Sequence record: MN988561.1
Direction: 5' to 3' (one strand)
Length of the DNA: 64,000 nucleotides
The stretch's first letter is position 1. Every line of letters begins with the position of its first letter. A program made the position numbers and the translations under genes. Below the pieces are notes generated by a model, which was given only the letters and a program-made list of their open reading frames with translations, made no database searches and was not told the DNA's origin. Below, piece after piece: positions 55,852-64,000 of the stretch.

Positions 55852-56580
55852 ATGGCTCGTTGCTATGTAGGATGTAGTGGATTCTCGTATAATCATTGGA
55901 ATGATAACTTCTACCCTGCAGGAGTAGAGAGGTTCTCATTTTATACGAGTCAATTTGATTCATTAGAGATCAATAGTTCATTCTACAGATTACCTAGTGC
56001 AAGCGTATTCCACTCATGGTATCGACGATCACCTGCTCATATGACATTCACTGTGAAAGCTCCTCAGACGATTACTCATCGTAAGAAGCTAAAGGATGCT
56101 GACGATATAGTTCAGAGATTCTATGAGAATACTCTTGAGCTAGGTGACAAGATGAAATGTGTCTTATGGCAGTTACCTCCTAATTTCTCCATAAGAATGT
56201 ATGATCGTGTCAAGAAATTCTGTGACAGTATTCATAACAGATTTCCTAATTCAGCATTCGAGTTCAGACATCCTTCATGGATGCAGACTCACGTACCTCA
56301 ACTTCTATCTACATACGACTTTGAGTTTGTACGTACAGATTTTCATAAATACGTAAATGTATCCATGGATGGGTCCTCGTCTAAATTCCAGTACTACCGA
56401 TTACATGGACCTACAGGTCAGTATCACGGTCGTTACACTGATGAGTTTCTTGAGAATATAGCTGATCGTCTAACAGATGAATCATTCGTATTCTTCGACA
56501 ATGATGGTGGAGGTCAAGCTCCTAAGGATGCTAAAAGATTAATCAAAATTCTAGAGACAAGAAATGAAATTAAATTATAG
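55852..56580 (+). CDS. DUF72 (YecE) family protein
   Basis: YVGCSGFSYNHW, LEINSSFYRLP, FTVKAP..ITH, LWQLPP, AFEFRH.SW, YYRLHG, FFDND. Confidence 0.92.
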   Translation: MARCYVGCSGFSYNHWNDNFYPAGVERFSFYTSQFDSLEINSSFYRLPSASVFHSWYRRSPAHMTFTVKAPQTITHRKKLKDADDIVQRFYENTLELGDKMKCVLWQLPPNFSIRMYDRVKKFCDSIHNRFPNSAFEFRHPSWMQTHVPQLLSTYDFEFVRTDFHKYVNVSMDGSSSKFQYYRLHGPTGQYHGRYTDEFLENIADRLTDESFVFFDNDGGGQAPKDAKRLIKILETRNEIKL

Positions 56581-57109
56581 AGCATATGCAGGAATTGGAT
56601 CAAGAAGTACTCCTCCACATATTCTTGAGTTTATGAGAATTCTAGCATTCAAGCTTGGGTCTCAAGAAGATCCATGGACTGGTCGGTCAGGTCACGCTGA
56701 TGGTGCAGATGATGCATTCGAAGTAGGTATGGAACAAGCTAATGGACCTATGGAGATCTTTCTACCGTGGAGAGGTATGGCTAACAGTCGATGTAAGAGT
56801 GATTCTCCGTATTACGAAATCAAAACAATTGCTTACGATCTAGCTTCTAGGATTCACCCTAAATGGTACGGATTAACTCATGGAGCTAAGAAACTTCATG
56901 CTAGGAATACTTATCAAGTCTTAGGTTACGATCATCAGACTTGGAGTAAAGCTGTTGTATGCTATACTTCTGACGGTCTACCGATTGGAGGTACTCGTAC
57001 AGCGATTAAGATAGCAGAGATGCACGGTATTCCGGTTATCAATCTAGGTGATCCTGAGTGTAAATACGAAACTCCTGATCAAATTGTGGAATATTTAAAC
57101 TCTCTATAG
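56564..57109 (+). CDS. SLOG/DprA-like Rossmann-fold protein
   Basis: YAGIGSR.TP, RSGHADGAD, HARN..QVLG, GGTRTA. Confidence 0.8.
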   Translation: MKLNYRAYAGIGSRSTPPHILEFMRILAFKLGSQEDPWTGRSGHADGADDAFEVGMEQANGPMEIFLPWRGMANSRCKSDSPYYEIKTIAYDLASRIHPKWYGLTHGAKKLHARNTYQVLGYDHQTWSKAVVCYTSDGLPIGGTRTAIKIAEMHGIPVINLGDPECKYETPDQIVEYLNSL

Positions 57110-57110
57110 A

Positions 57111-57137
57111 GCGAATCTAGCGTGGGAAAGCCTTCCT
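57111..57137 (+). promoter_or_regulatory. Putative phage promoter, class 1
   Basis: GCGAA-N13-AGCCTTCCT. Confidence 0.8.
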
Positions 57138-57160
57138 TCTTATTGTGGAATAATATGGAA

Positions 57161-57169
57161 TGCTATAAT
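57161..57169 (+). promoter_or_regulatory. Possible sigma70 extended -10 element
   Basis: TGCTATAAT in an intergenic position; no clear -35. Confidence 0.3.
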
Positions 57170-57233
57170 TGTTTGAAGAGTTAAAATTNNNNNNNNNNNN
57201 NNNNNNNNNNNNNNNNNNNNNNNNNNNNNNNCA

Positions 57234-57872
57234 TACGGTGAGTGGCATCATATTCTTCCTTACGCTATATTTCCTGCGTATCAGTCTGATAAAAGATTTA
57301 TTGTTAAGATACCTGCAAGAGCTCACTTGATAGCACATCGAATGTTAGTAAAAGCACTGCCAGGTAATCATAAAGCAGTACTTGCTGTTTACTATATGAC
57401 TCTTATCAAGAAGCCTGGTATGTATTTGAGATCTAAAGAATTTGAAAGATTAAGAAAGATAAGATCTGAAATTCAATCTCAACGTAGTAAAGAAATGAAT
57501 ACTGGTCGGACGAGATCAGAAGAGACTAAACAGAAAATGTCTCAATCGAGATTGGATCTATTAGAAACTAGACCTGATCTTAAAGAGATGCAGTCGATCA
57601 GAAATCTTGGGAATAAGTACAATCTAGGCAAGAAAAATTCTGATGAGACTAAGGCTAAACGTACAGCTAGTTGGAAGAGAACAGTTGCAGATAATCCAAA
57701 GAATATGGAAAGTCTCTTAGAAAGAAATAAGGGAAATAAATATGCTGAAGGATGTAAGTGGATGCATCATCCTGAGAAGCAATTGACTACGCTCGTTCCA
57801 TCTAAAGACGTACAAATGAGACTATCACATGGATGGTTTTACGGAAGAAAGAAATTCAAGAAGGCTTCTTAG
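57234..57872 (+). CDS. HNH homing endonuclease with NUMOD3-type repeats; 5' end in gap
   Basis: In-frame extension upstream of 57327 gives YGEWHHILP...IPARAHLIAH. Also RTRSEETKQKMS, KKNSDETKAK, C-terminal GWFYGR. Confidence 0.8.
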   Translation, partial: YGEWHHILPYAIFPAYQSDKRFIVKIPARAHLIAHRMLVKALPGNHKAVLAVYYMTLIKKPGMYLRSKEFERLRKIRSEIQSQRSKEMNTGRTRSEETKQKMSQSRLDLLETRPDLKEMQSIRNLGNKYNLGKKNSDETKAKRTASWKRTVADNPKNMESLLERNKGNKYAEGCKWMHHPEKQLTTLVPSKDVQMRLSHGWFYGRKKFKKAS

Positions 57873-58775
57873 ATGTTTGACATTAGAATTGACAATCCTG
57901 AACTTCATAAGATTCTTGAGTCTTATAAAGGCAAAAAGATTGATTTTTATCACAATGACGGCAACGCTGGGGACAGTGTGATTGCAGTTGGTACTTATCA
58001 GACTTTTGATAAGTACGATATCGAGTACTCTGCTTACAATAAGCCTCGTGCTCATAAGCAAACAAGTGATACTCTCTTTATAGCCGGTGGAGGTAATCTT
58101 GTAAATTATTACCCTAATGGTGAACGAGCTATCAAAGAGGGTATGAAGAAGTACGATAAAATTATTGTCCTTCCTCACTCTATCCGAGGTAAAGAAGAAC
58201 TTCTCAAGAAGATGGATAAAAGGTTCACAGTCTTTACTCGTGAAGTTCCATCTCATGAATACGTTAAGTCGATGGTCAGATCGGACGTAACTGTTCATCT
58301 TGAACATGATATGGCTTTCTTCATGGATGTAAAAGCTATCTTTGAAGATCCTACGATCAATGAGAAAGCTAATAAATTCTACATTAATAAACTTCGATCA
58401 ATCGGTCGAGGTCCTGAAGATGTTATTGGCAAGGATAATTACTGTTTCCGTGAAGACGTCGAAGCAGTTGTAGAGGTTAAGTCTTCTCAGAATGTCGATA
58501 TCTCTCATCTGTTCGAAAGAGGATTGGATCGTACGAACTCTTTCATCGCTGCTAATGCATTTCTAAAGTACATTGATGCTTCAAAGTCAATTACTACAAG
58601 TCGTCTTCATACAGGCATTGGTGCAGCTATGTGCGGTACTCCTGCTACGGTATTTGATAATTCATATGGCAAGATTTCTAGTATCTACGAATTCTCAATG
58701 AAGGATCGTGGATACAACTTCCGTGTAGGTCTCATTGATGAAATGAGATCAATTATCGAACGAATTGAGGACTGA
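57873..58775 (+). CDS. Polysaccharide pyruvyltransferase family protein
   Basis: GNAGDSVI, GGGNL, LPHSI, FTRE..S, HDMAF, TSRLH..I, DNSYGKI. Confidence 0.88.
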   Translation: MFDIRIDNPELHKILESYKGKKIDFYHNDGNAGDSVIAVGTYQTFDKYDIEYSAYNKPRAHKQTSDTLFIAGGGNLVNYYPNGERAIKEGMKKYDKIIVLPHSIRGKEELLKKMDKRFTVFTREVPSHEYVKSMVRSDVTVHLEHDMAFFMDVKAIFEDPTINEKANKFYINKLRSIGRGPEDVIGKDNYCFREDVEAVVEVKSSQNVDISHLFERGLDRTNSFIAANAFLKYIDASKSITTSRLHTGIGAAMCGTPATVFDNSYGKISSIYEFSMKDRGYNFRVGLIDEMRSIIERIED

Positions 58776-59366
58776 ATGAACATCTTCATCTTGGATCCAG
58801 ATCCGATCAAGTCTGCTAGATCATACGTCGCGAGTCATCAGAAGATTATTCTGGAGGCTACTCAGATGTTATGCACTAACGTAAGACTAACAAATGGTAA
58901 GCTTAGAGTCCCTATTCATCCATTTACAGGTCGTAAGAGAAAATTCTGGGTCCTCGATGGAGAGGAGTTAATGTACAAGGAGAATCCTGAGAATCCTTCT
59001 AAGGGATTCTTCTGGATCAAGTCTTCTAACAAGATTTATGGTGCATGTCATGCTAATCATCCTTGGACTGTATGGGGTCGTAAGTCTAGGGAGAATTTCG
59101 TATGGATGCAAAACTTTGTTGAGATACTTAACAATGAATTTGTGAGTCGAGGATATAGATCCCATGGATCAGCCTCTATAGCTAAGTCTCTAATCGTACC
59201 TGATTTACCTGAGACTGGACTGACTCCTATGCCTCACTGCGTTGATCATGGATCTAAATCGGATGATGTAGTTGAAAGCTATAGAAATTATTATCGTAGA
59301 AGCAAGAAGCACTTACATGTATGGAAATCCGTTCCTATACCTGATTGGATAAATAATGAAGAATAG
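58776..59366 (+). CDS. Pyrimidine-dimer DNA glycosylase (DenV/Endo V-like)
   Basis: MNIFILD.DP..SA, KIILE..QML, HANHPWTVW, VVESYRNYY...K. Confidence 0.8.
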   Translation: MNIFILDPDPIKSARSYVASHQKIILEATQMLCTNVRLTNGKLRVPIHPFTGRKRKFWVLDGEELMYKENPENPSKGFFWIKSSNKIYGACHANHPWTVWGRKSRENFVWMQNFVEILNNEFVSRGYRSHGSASIAKSLIVPDLPETGLTPMPHCVDHGSKSDDVVESYRNYYRRSKKHLHVWKSVPIPDWINNEE

Positions 59367-59514
59367 ATATCTAATGTTAGAATCTAGTAAGAAAAACAAG
59401 AATAAGGTTAAGTCTAAGCTTCTCGAATCTGCTACAGATAAGACTGTGAAGAAGGAAGATAATCCTAATTCTAATCGTGCTCTGAAATTGCTGAGTTTAA
59501 CTAACGGTAAATAA
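59356..59514 (+). CDS. Small Lys-rich protein (52 aa), not in ORF track
   Basis: MKNRYLMLESSKKNKNKVKSKLLESATDK...TNGK*. Confidence 0.55.
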   Translation: MKNRYLMLESSKKNKNKVKSKLLESATDKTVKKEDNPNSNRALKLLSLTNGK

Positions 59515-59515
59515 T

Positions 59516-59828
59516 ATGACCGAATCTGATATTTTCTCTAAGTTTAGACAAGGTCGTAACGATATTGATCGTGATGCCTGCTTGCATATGTTGCTAGCTA
59601 ATTGTTGGAATCGTAATTCTCTGATTTCAGTAGAATTTCCTGTAAGACCTAATATTAATTTATGATTTTGTGATTTCTCCGTCTCTACGATCGATTGATG
59701 TTAAGAGGAAAGAATACAAGTCATTCATAGGTGGTAATGAAACATTATCTACCAGTCTCGATCTAGCTAAAGATGCTCTCGAGAAATTGGAAGAAGTGTT
59801 CTACGCATCGATGTTTGGAGCCCACTAA
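59516..59828 (+). pseudogene. Probable single ~103-aa gene split by a +1 frameshift in TTT at 59659-59661
   Basis: MTESD...PNINL* is continued in the next frame by YDFVISPSL...GAH*, which has no ATG of its own. Confidence 0.45.
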
Positions 59829-59830
59829 AT

Positions 59831-62800
59831 ATGTCAATTAATTCCAGAGACTACGCTCCGTTATTATCTTATGCTAAGATGCTAACGTCAAGACTGTCTA
59901 CTATTCCAGACGTCACGATGGTTGGTAACTTTGCTAAGACTCCTCCTAATCTTAATGTCTTTCAAATTAAGCCTACTCTGATCCGATTCGGTACTGATCT
60001 TCTCATTCAAGGTGACAAGTCAGATATCGTACTCGGATCTAATTATCTTGCTGCTCATCCTAAGGATGAATACGAAATCCTCGAATATGAGGATCCTAGT
60101 ATCGCTGCACGTCGATTCGAGAGTACATGGGGTATGACTCTTGAAGAGTATGATGACCATGTTAAAGTTCTGAATACGCAAGTAGCTACTGTCAATAACG
60201 AAAGTTATGTCCTAGATGAGGAGACGAAAGCTAAGATGTCAGATGCATCAGACTTTCTCACACGATGGATTAGAATGTTCAGTTCTAAGACCAACAAAGC
60301 ACCACTGCTAGTTGGTCATTCAGGTATCTCGAAATCTGCATTCGTTAAGGAAGTTATATCTCGTCTAGATGCTCAGTCGACTGAATGGGGATATCGCCTC
60401 GTTGACATTCGTGCTGCTTATCTTGATAAGACTGACCTTATGGGTTACATCTCTGTCGAGAGTTTCAAGGGTAATGATGTATGGACTGACTCTCCTAAGA
60501 TTGAATTCTTGACATCTACGTCTGAGTTCATCAAGGAGTGCCGTAAATTCGTTACGACTACTCCTCGTGATGATGACAACGGTGAGATGTGGGATATCGT
60601 CAAGGAGTATTCCAAGACACCTGTCCTCTTCTTCGATGAAATCAATCGTGCACCTGCTTATATTCAAGCTCAGGTTATGATCATCATCAACCAGCATCGT
60701 CTGAACGACTACTCGCTGGATCTCGCTCCTAAGATCGCTGCTGCTAACGTACCGATTGATATGGAAGATCTTGATGATACGCAGAAAGAACTGATCAAGT
60801 ACGTTCTGCAGGATGAGATCACCGATAAGGCGATCATTGACAGATTCATTCCTATAGAAATCAAAGGTAAGGATAAATCTGTTATTGATGCTACGTATTC
60901 GTATCTCACCAGGAGATATGCTACGAGTGGTGCCAGTATGGACCTTCTTGAGTCTGTCTACAAGAAGGGTAAACCTCTTCATGACATCACGACAATCGAC
61001 AAGTATGGTAAGTTCAGATCGCACCGTGGTCTAGAATTTGTATGTACGTACCTATCAGGTTGTGAAGGTGCTAAAGAGAAGCCTATGCTATCAGTGATCA
61101 AGTCACTGATTGGTGAGAATGCTACGGACGATTATGTAAGTTATCTTGCTGAGAAGTTCAAGACGACTAAAGAAAATCTCTCTAAGAAGATCTTTGATCT
61201 GAATGAGTCAACTTCCAAGTTTACAGCTCATTGCATCAAGTTCAATATCCCTACGATGCTATTAGGTCGTATGGGTATTGGTAAAACTGCTAAGATCAAT
61301 GCTGCTACGAAAGAGTTGGACGCTGATGTTATCAATATCGATCTATCCTCGAGAGATCGTACCGATATCAGTGGATTCCCGAGTCAGTATTCCTTCGCTC
61401 AGTATATCTTCAGCAAGGGTGGCCAGAATGATGATCTAACAACATCCTCAGCATTCAGACAGTTTGAAGCTCAGCTAGTTAACAATCCTAATGTTCCTAA
61501 GAAGACGACTGGATTCGTAGGTAGTGGTACTCTCACACGTCGTCTGGATGAAGCTAGAGCATCAGGTAAGAAGTTAGTCATTGTATTCGACGAAATCAAT
61601 CGTGCATCTCCTATCGTTCAGTCTGCTGTCTTTGAAGCAATCTCTGATAAGCGATTCATGGGCGTATCTCTAGAAGGTATCGATTACTCTGTTGTATCTG
61701 CTGGTAACTGGGAAGACCCTAACGAGTCTTCAGGTAACTATCAGGTTACACCTCTTGATACTGCTACTCTTCACCGATTTGCATCTCGAGTCATCGATAA
61801 GATGACAGAAGACGATATCGGAGAAATGAGAGACTTCATCAAGACAACGTATCCGAATACTTACTCTGCTCTCAATATGGGTCAGATGAGTAACAACGAT
61901 ATCGTTCAACTCTTGAATACTTCTTCAGATGAAGATGATAACGCTGAGCCAGGTACTGAATGGGCTAGACCCTCATTCTCGATGCGTACATTCCAGTCTC
62001 TGAACGAGATCCTGGATATGTATAAGTTCGTCTGGACTCAAGAGATGACGGTGGATGAATCGGACGATATCGTCAAGGTACTCGAATCACCTAACTACAT
62101 TCTCCGTGATCGTGCAGGTGAAGAAGTTACTCTGAGAACATCAGGTATAAAGAAGTACTTCCCGAGTCTAGTAGTTGAAGACTTTATCGCTAAAGCTGCT
62201 CAGATGCTAGGTGACGATAATGTTTCAGTCCTCGATAAAAGTATGATTCTTGCAGAACTTCAGTACAATGAAGTCACTGCATATCAGTCACTTGAGAAGG
62301 CTGTCCGAGGAGTCATTCCTGGATCAATGCTTAAGCATATGGGATCAGGTCTTCGTGTATACTATACAGATCTGAGTAAGGCTTCAGTAGGTGCTGTTGA
62401 CCTTGATCAACTAGTTATGGAACTCTCGGATAATGAAATCCGTAAGGTTCTGAACAAGATGATCTCAAGATCTGAGGCTTCGAAGACTAATGACGTTATC
62501 AAGAGTGCTATCATTGCTCTTGGTCAGGCTAATGAGATCTCTGTCGATTATATCAACAAGATTCTCAGTCTGTACAAGTCAGTAGTTCCAACATCTACGA
62601 TCAGTCTTGTTGATATCTTGAATCAGATTCCAGACGAGAATATCGTCAGTGGAGGATCTGAGATTGTATTCAACTTCATAGATCTTGCTGCATTCCCTGA
62701 ACGTGATGTCATCTTGCAGTCAGGTTCTGTCTCAGTAGGTACACCAGTTTCGACTAATCCTACTGATTATAAGTTCCTGAGCTACTTGAAGGTTCCACTT

Positions 62801-63355
62801 GAATTTGGATCTGTTAATCTTGGATCTAAATATGAGAAGGATCAGAGACTTTACATTCGAAATATCATTCCTAACTGCTTCAGAATCATCTGTAATGCTG
62901 ATGCACTACAAGCGTACTATCGTTATGAGTTTACGATTTCTGATGCATTCTGGAAGATCGACACTATCAAACCTTCGACTAAACGATTTGAATACAATAT
63001 CGAATACGTAGCGAAGATCAAAGGTGTCAGCTTCAGAATGAAGATTGATAATATTCGTCATCCTGTAGCTCACAAGGACGGTGATCTGACTAAGCCTCTG
63101 ACTAAGGATACAATTATCCAACGTGATACGACAGTCTTGTCGGGTATGCTGGCTACACAAGCAGTGGTATCTGATTCTTCTGTTAGTAACTTGACTAAGA
63201 ATCTATCAGACGTTCTGACGGATGACGATATCACAGTCATCAAGAGTACAGTGATGAAGAAGAAGGCAGATACTGCCAAGATGTCACTCACTAATGACTA
63301 TATGCAACTCATCCTTGTCGGATGGCGTAAAGTCGAGCCTAAGTTCTCATTCTAA
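59831..63355 (+). CDS. Tandem MoxR-type AAA+ ATPase (1174 aa)
   Basis: AAA1: GHSGISKS, LFFDEINRA, AAN, IDRF. AAA2: GRMGIGKT, IVFDEINRA, AGN, LHRF. Confidence 0.88.
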   Translation: MSINSRDYAPLLSYAKMLTSRLSTIPDVTMVGNFAKTPPNLNVFQIKPTLIRFGTDLLIQGDKSDIVLGSNYLAAHPKDEYEILEYEDPSIAARRFESTWGMTLEEYDDHVKVLNTQVATVNNESYVLDEETKAKMSDASDFLTRWIRMFSSKTNKAPLLVGHSGISKSAFVKEVISRLDAQSTEWGYRLVDIRAAYLDKTDLMGYISVESFKGNDVWTDSPKIEFLTSTSEFIKECRKFVTTTPRDDDNGEMWDIVKEYSKTPVLFFDEINRAPAYIQAQVMIIINQHRLNDYSLDLAPKIAAANVPIDMEDLDDTQKELIKYVLQDEITDKAIIDRFIPIEIKGKDKSVIDATYSYLTRRYATSGASMDLLESVYKKGKPLHDITTIDKYGKFRSHRGLEFVCTYLSGCEGAKEKPMLSVIKSLIGENATDDYVSYLAEKFKTTKENLSKKIFDLNESTSKFTAHCIKFNIPTMLLGRMGIGKTAKINAATKELDADVINIDLSSRDRTDISGFPSQYSFAQYIFSKGGQNDDLTTSSAFRQFEAQLVNNPNVPKKTTGFVGSGTLTRRLDEARASGKKLVIVFDEINRASPIVQSAVFEAISDKRFMGVSLEGIDYSVVSAGNWEDPNESSGNYQVTPLDTATLHRFASRVIDKMTEDDIGEMRDFIKTTYPNTYSALNMGQMSNNDIVQLLNTSSDEDDNAEPGTEWARPSFSMRTFQSLNEILDMYKFVWTQEMTVDESDDIVKVLESPNYILRDRAGEEVTLRTSGIKKYFPSLVVEDFIAKAAQMLGDDNVSVLDKSMILAELQYNEVTAYQSLEKAVRGVIPGSMLKHMGSGLRVYYTDLSKASVGAVDLDQLVMELSDNEIRKVLNKMISRSEASKTNDVIKSAIIALGQANEISVDYINKILSLYKSVVPTSTISLVDILNQIPDENIVSGGSEIVFNFIDLAAFPERDVILQSGSVSVGTPVSTNPTDYKFLSYLKVPLEFGSVNLGSKYEKDQRLYIRNIIPNCFRIICNADALQAYYRYEFTISDAFWKIDTIKPSTKRFEYNIEYVAKIKGVSFRMKIDNIRHPVAHKDGDLTKPLTKDTIIQRDTTVLSGMLATQAVVSDSSVSNLTKNLSDVLTDDDITVIKSTVMKKKADTAKMSLTNDYMQLILVGWRKVEPKFSF

Positions 63356-63364
63356 GGTGCAACC

Positions 63365-64000
63365 ATGCTTGTTTATTCTTACATCTTATACGGATGGGCA
63401 CAATCCACTATTACAGGTGGAGATGGCAGTAGTGCTAAGCGTCTAACTCTGATCAGAAAGCTTAATCAGGAGTTCAATCTGCTACCCGACTCTCTCAGAG
63501 GGAAGGGTGGCAAGAATGACTTTGATACAGCTAGAGCATTGACGACATATCTATGTCAAATGTTGAAGGTACCTCCTATCAAGTTTCCTGATCCTGCTAG
63601 TTCTATCAAGTCTATAGACCAGGCTGTACTTGTATCTGATAAACTCAGTATTGATGTCATCAACAAAGGTAGCCCAGTCTACTTTACGATGACTAAGATC
63701 ATGCAGACGATTCAGAGTTCAGGTACAGATGCTCACAGAGCATATTTCTTGTCAGCTATCATCAATATGATGTTGGCAGGTAGTAGAATGTTCTTCACAC
63801 TTGCAGCATCTCAAGGTAGCTATAACTACGATGAGTCTACTGCAATAACATCGTACATCAATCGATTTACGAAGATGAAGATCAGTACTTTTGGTAAGTC
63901 AATGACGTTCATGGAATTGAATTTCACTTCTATGACTGAACAGTTCAATAACTGCTACAGAGCTCTTGTCAGAGACTATCCGAATCTTCAGATAAGTGAT
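63365..64000 (+). CDS. Hypothetical protein, 3'-partial
   Basis: AAGGTG RBS, ATG 63365, frame open to the window end (MLVYSYILYGWAQSTITGG...). Confidence 0.8.
   Translation, partial: MLVYSYILYGWAQSTITGGDGSSAKRLTLIRKLNQEFNLLPDSLRGKGGKNDFDTARALTTYLCQMLKVPPIKFPDPASSIKSIDQAVLVSDKLSIDVINKGSPVYFTMTKIMQTIQSSGTDAHRAYFLSAIINMMLAGSRMFFTLAASQGSYNYDESTAITSYINRFTKMKISTFGKSMTFMELNFTSMTEQFNNCYRALVRDYPNLQISD

Noticed and set aside
2469-57137. Class-1 motif read as a CRISPR repeat or anti-Shine-Dalgarno decoy
   Set aside because: Copies are kilobases apart with no spacer array. The fixed-distance RCGAA block is better explained by a DNA-level promoter than by 16S-tail mimicry.
1-64000. tRNA, rRNA, CRISPR arrays, IS elements, stop-codon recoding
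   Set aside because: No cloverleaf, repeat-spacer array or transposase was seen in the short intergenic gaps. Conserved genes are full length with TAA, TAG and TGA all used as stops.

Overview
This 64 kb window is a dense, AT-rich, fully + strand segment of what is most likely a large (jumbo-type) tailed phage genome. No tRNA, rRNA, CRISPR array or IS element was found. It is mainly a replication and nucleotide-metabolism region: two SF2 helicases, a DnaB-type helicase, RusA, a probable SSB, 5'-3' and 3'-5' exonucleases, a single-chain Mre11-Rad50 (SbcD-SbcC) fusion, a two-subunit type II topoisomerase, class I RNR, dUTPase and a variant ThyX. Accessory modules include a TelA/vWA/TerC/TerD cluster, an epimerase plus two glycosyltransferases, a ParM-type actin with a candidate adaptor, a polysaccharide pyruvyltransferase, homing endonucleases, PAAR and a tandem AAA+ ATPase. 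The strongest unexplained signal is a bipartite motif, RCGAA-N13-AGCCTTCCT, found by eye in 15 copies. All are on the + strand, at or overlapping gene junctions, with an invariant 13-nt spacer, and most head replication or nucleotide operons. This fits a dedicated phage promoter class, and a divergent sigma/Mor-like ORF (26189-27469) is a candidate reader. All protein family calls come from motif recognition by eye; no database search was run. Three N-gaps (about 10603-10621, 35909-35927, 57189-57231) limit calls nearby.
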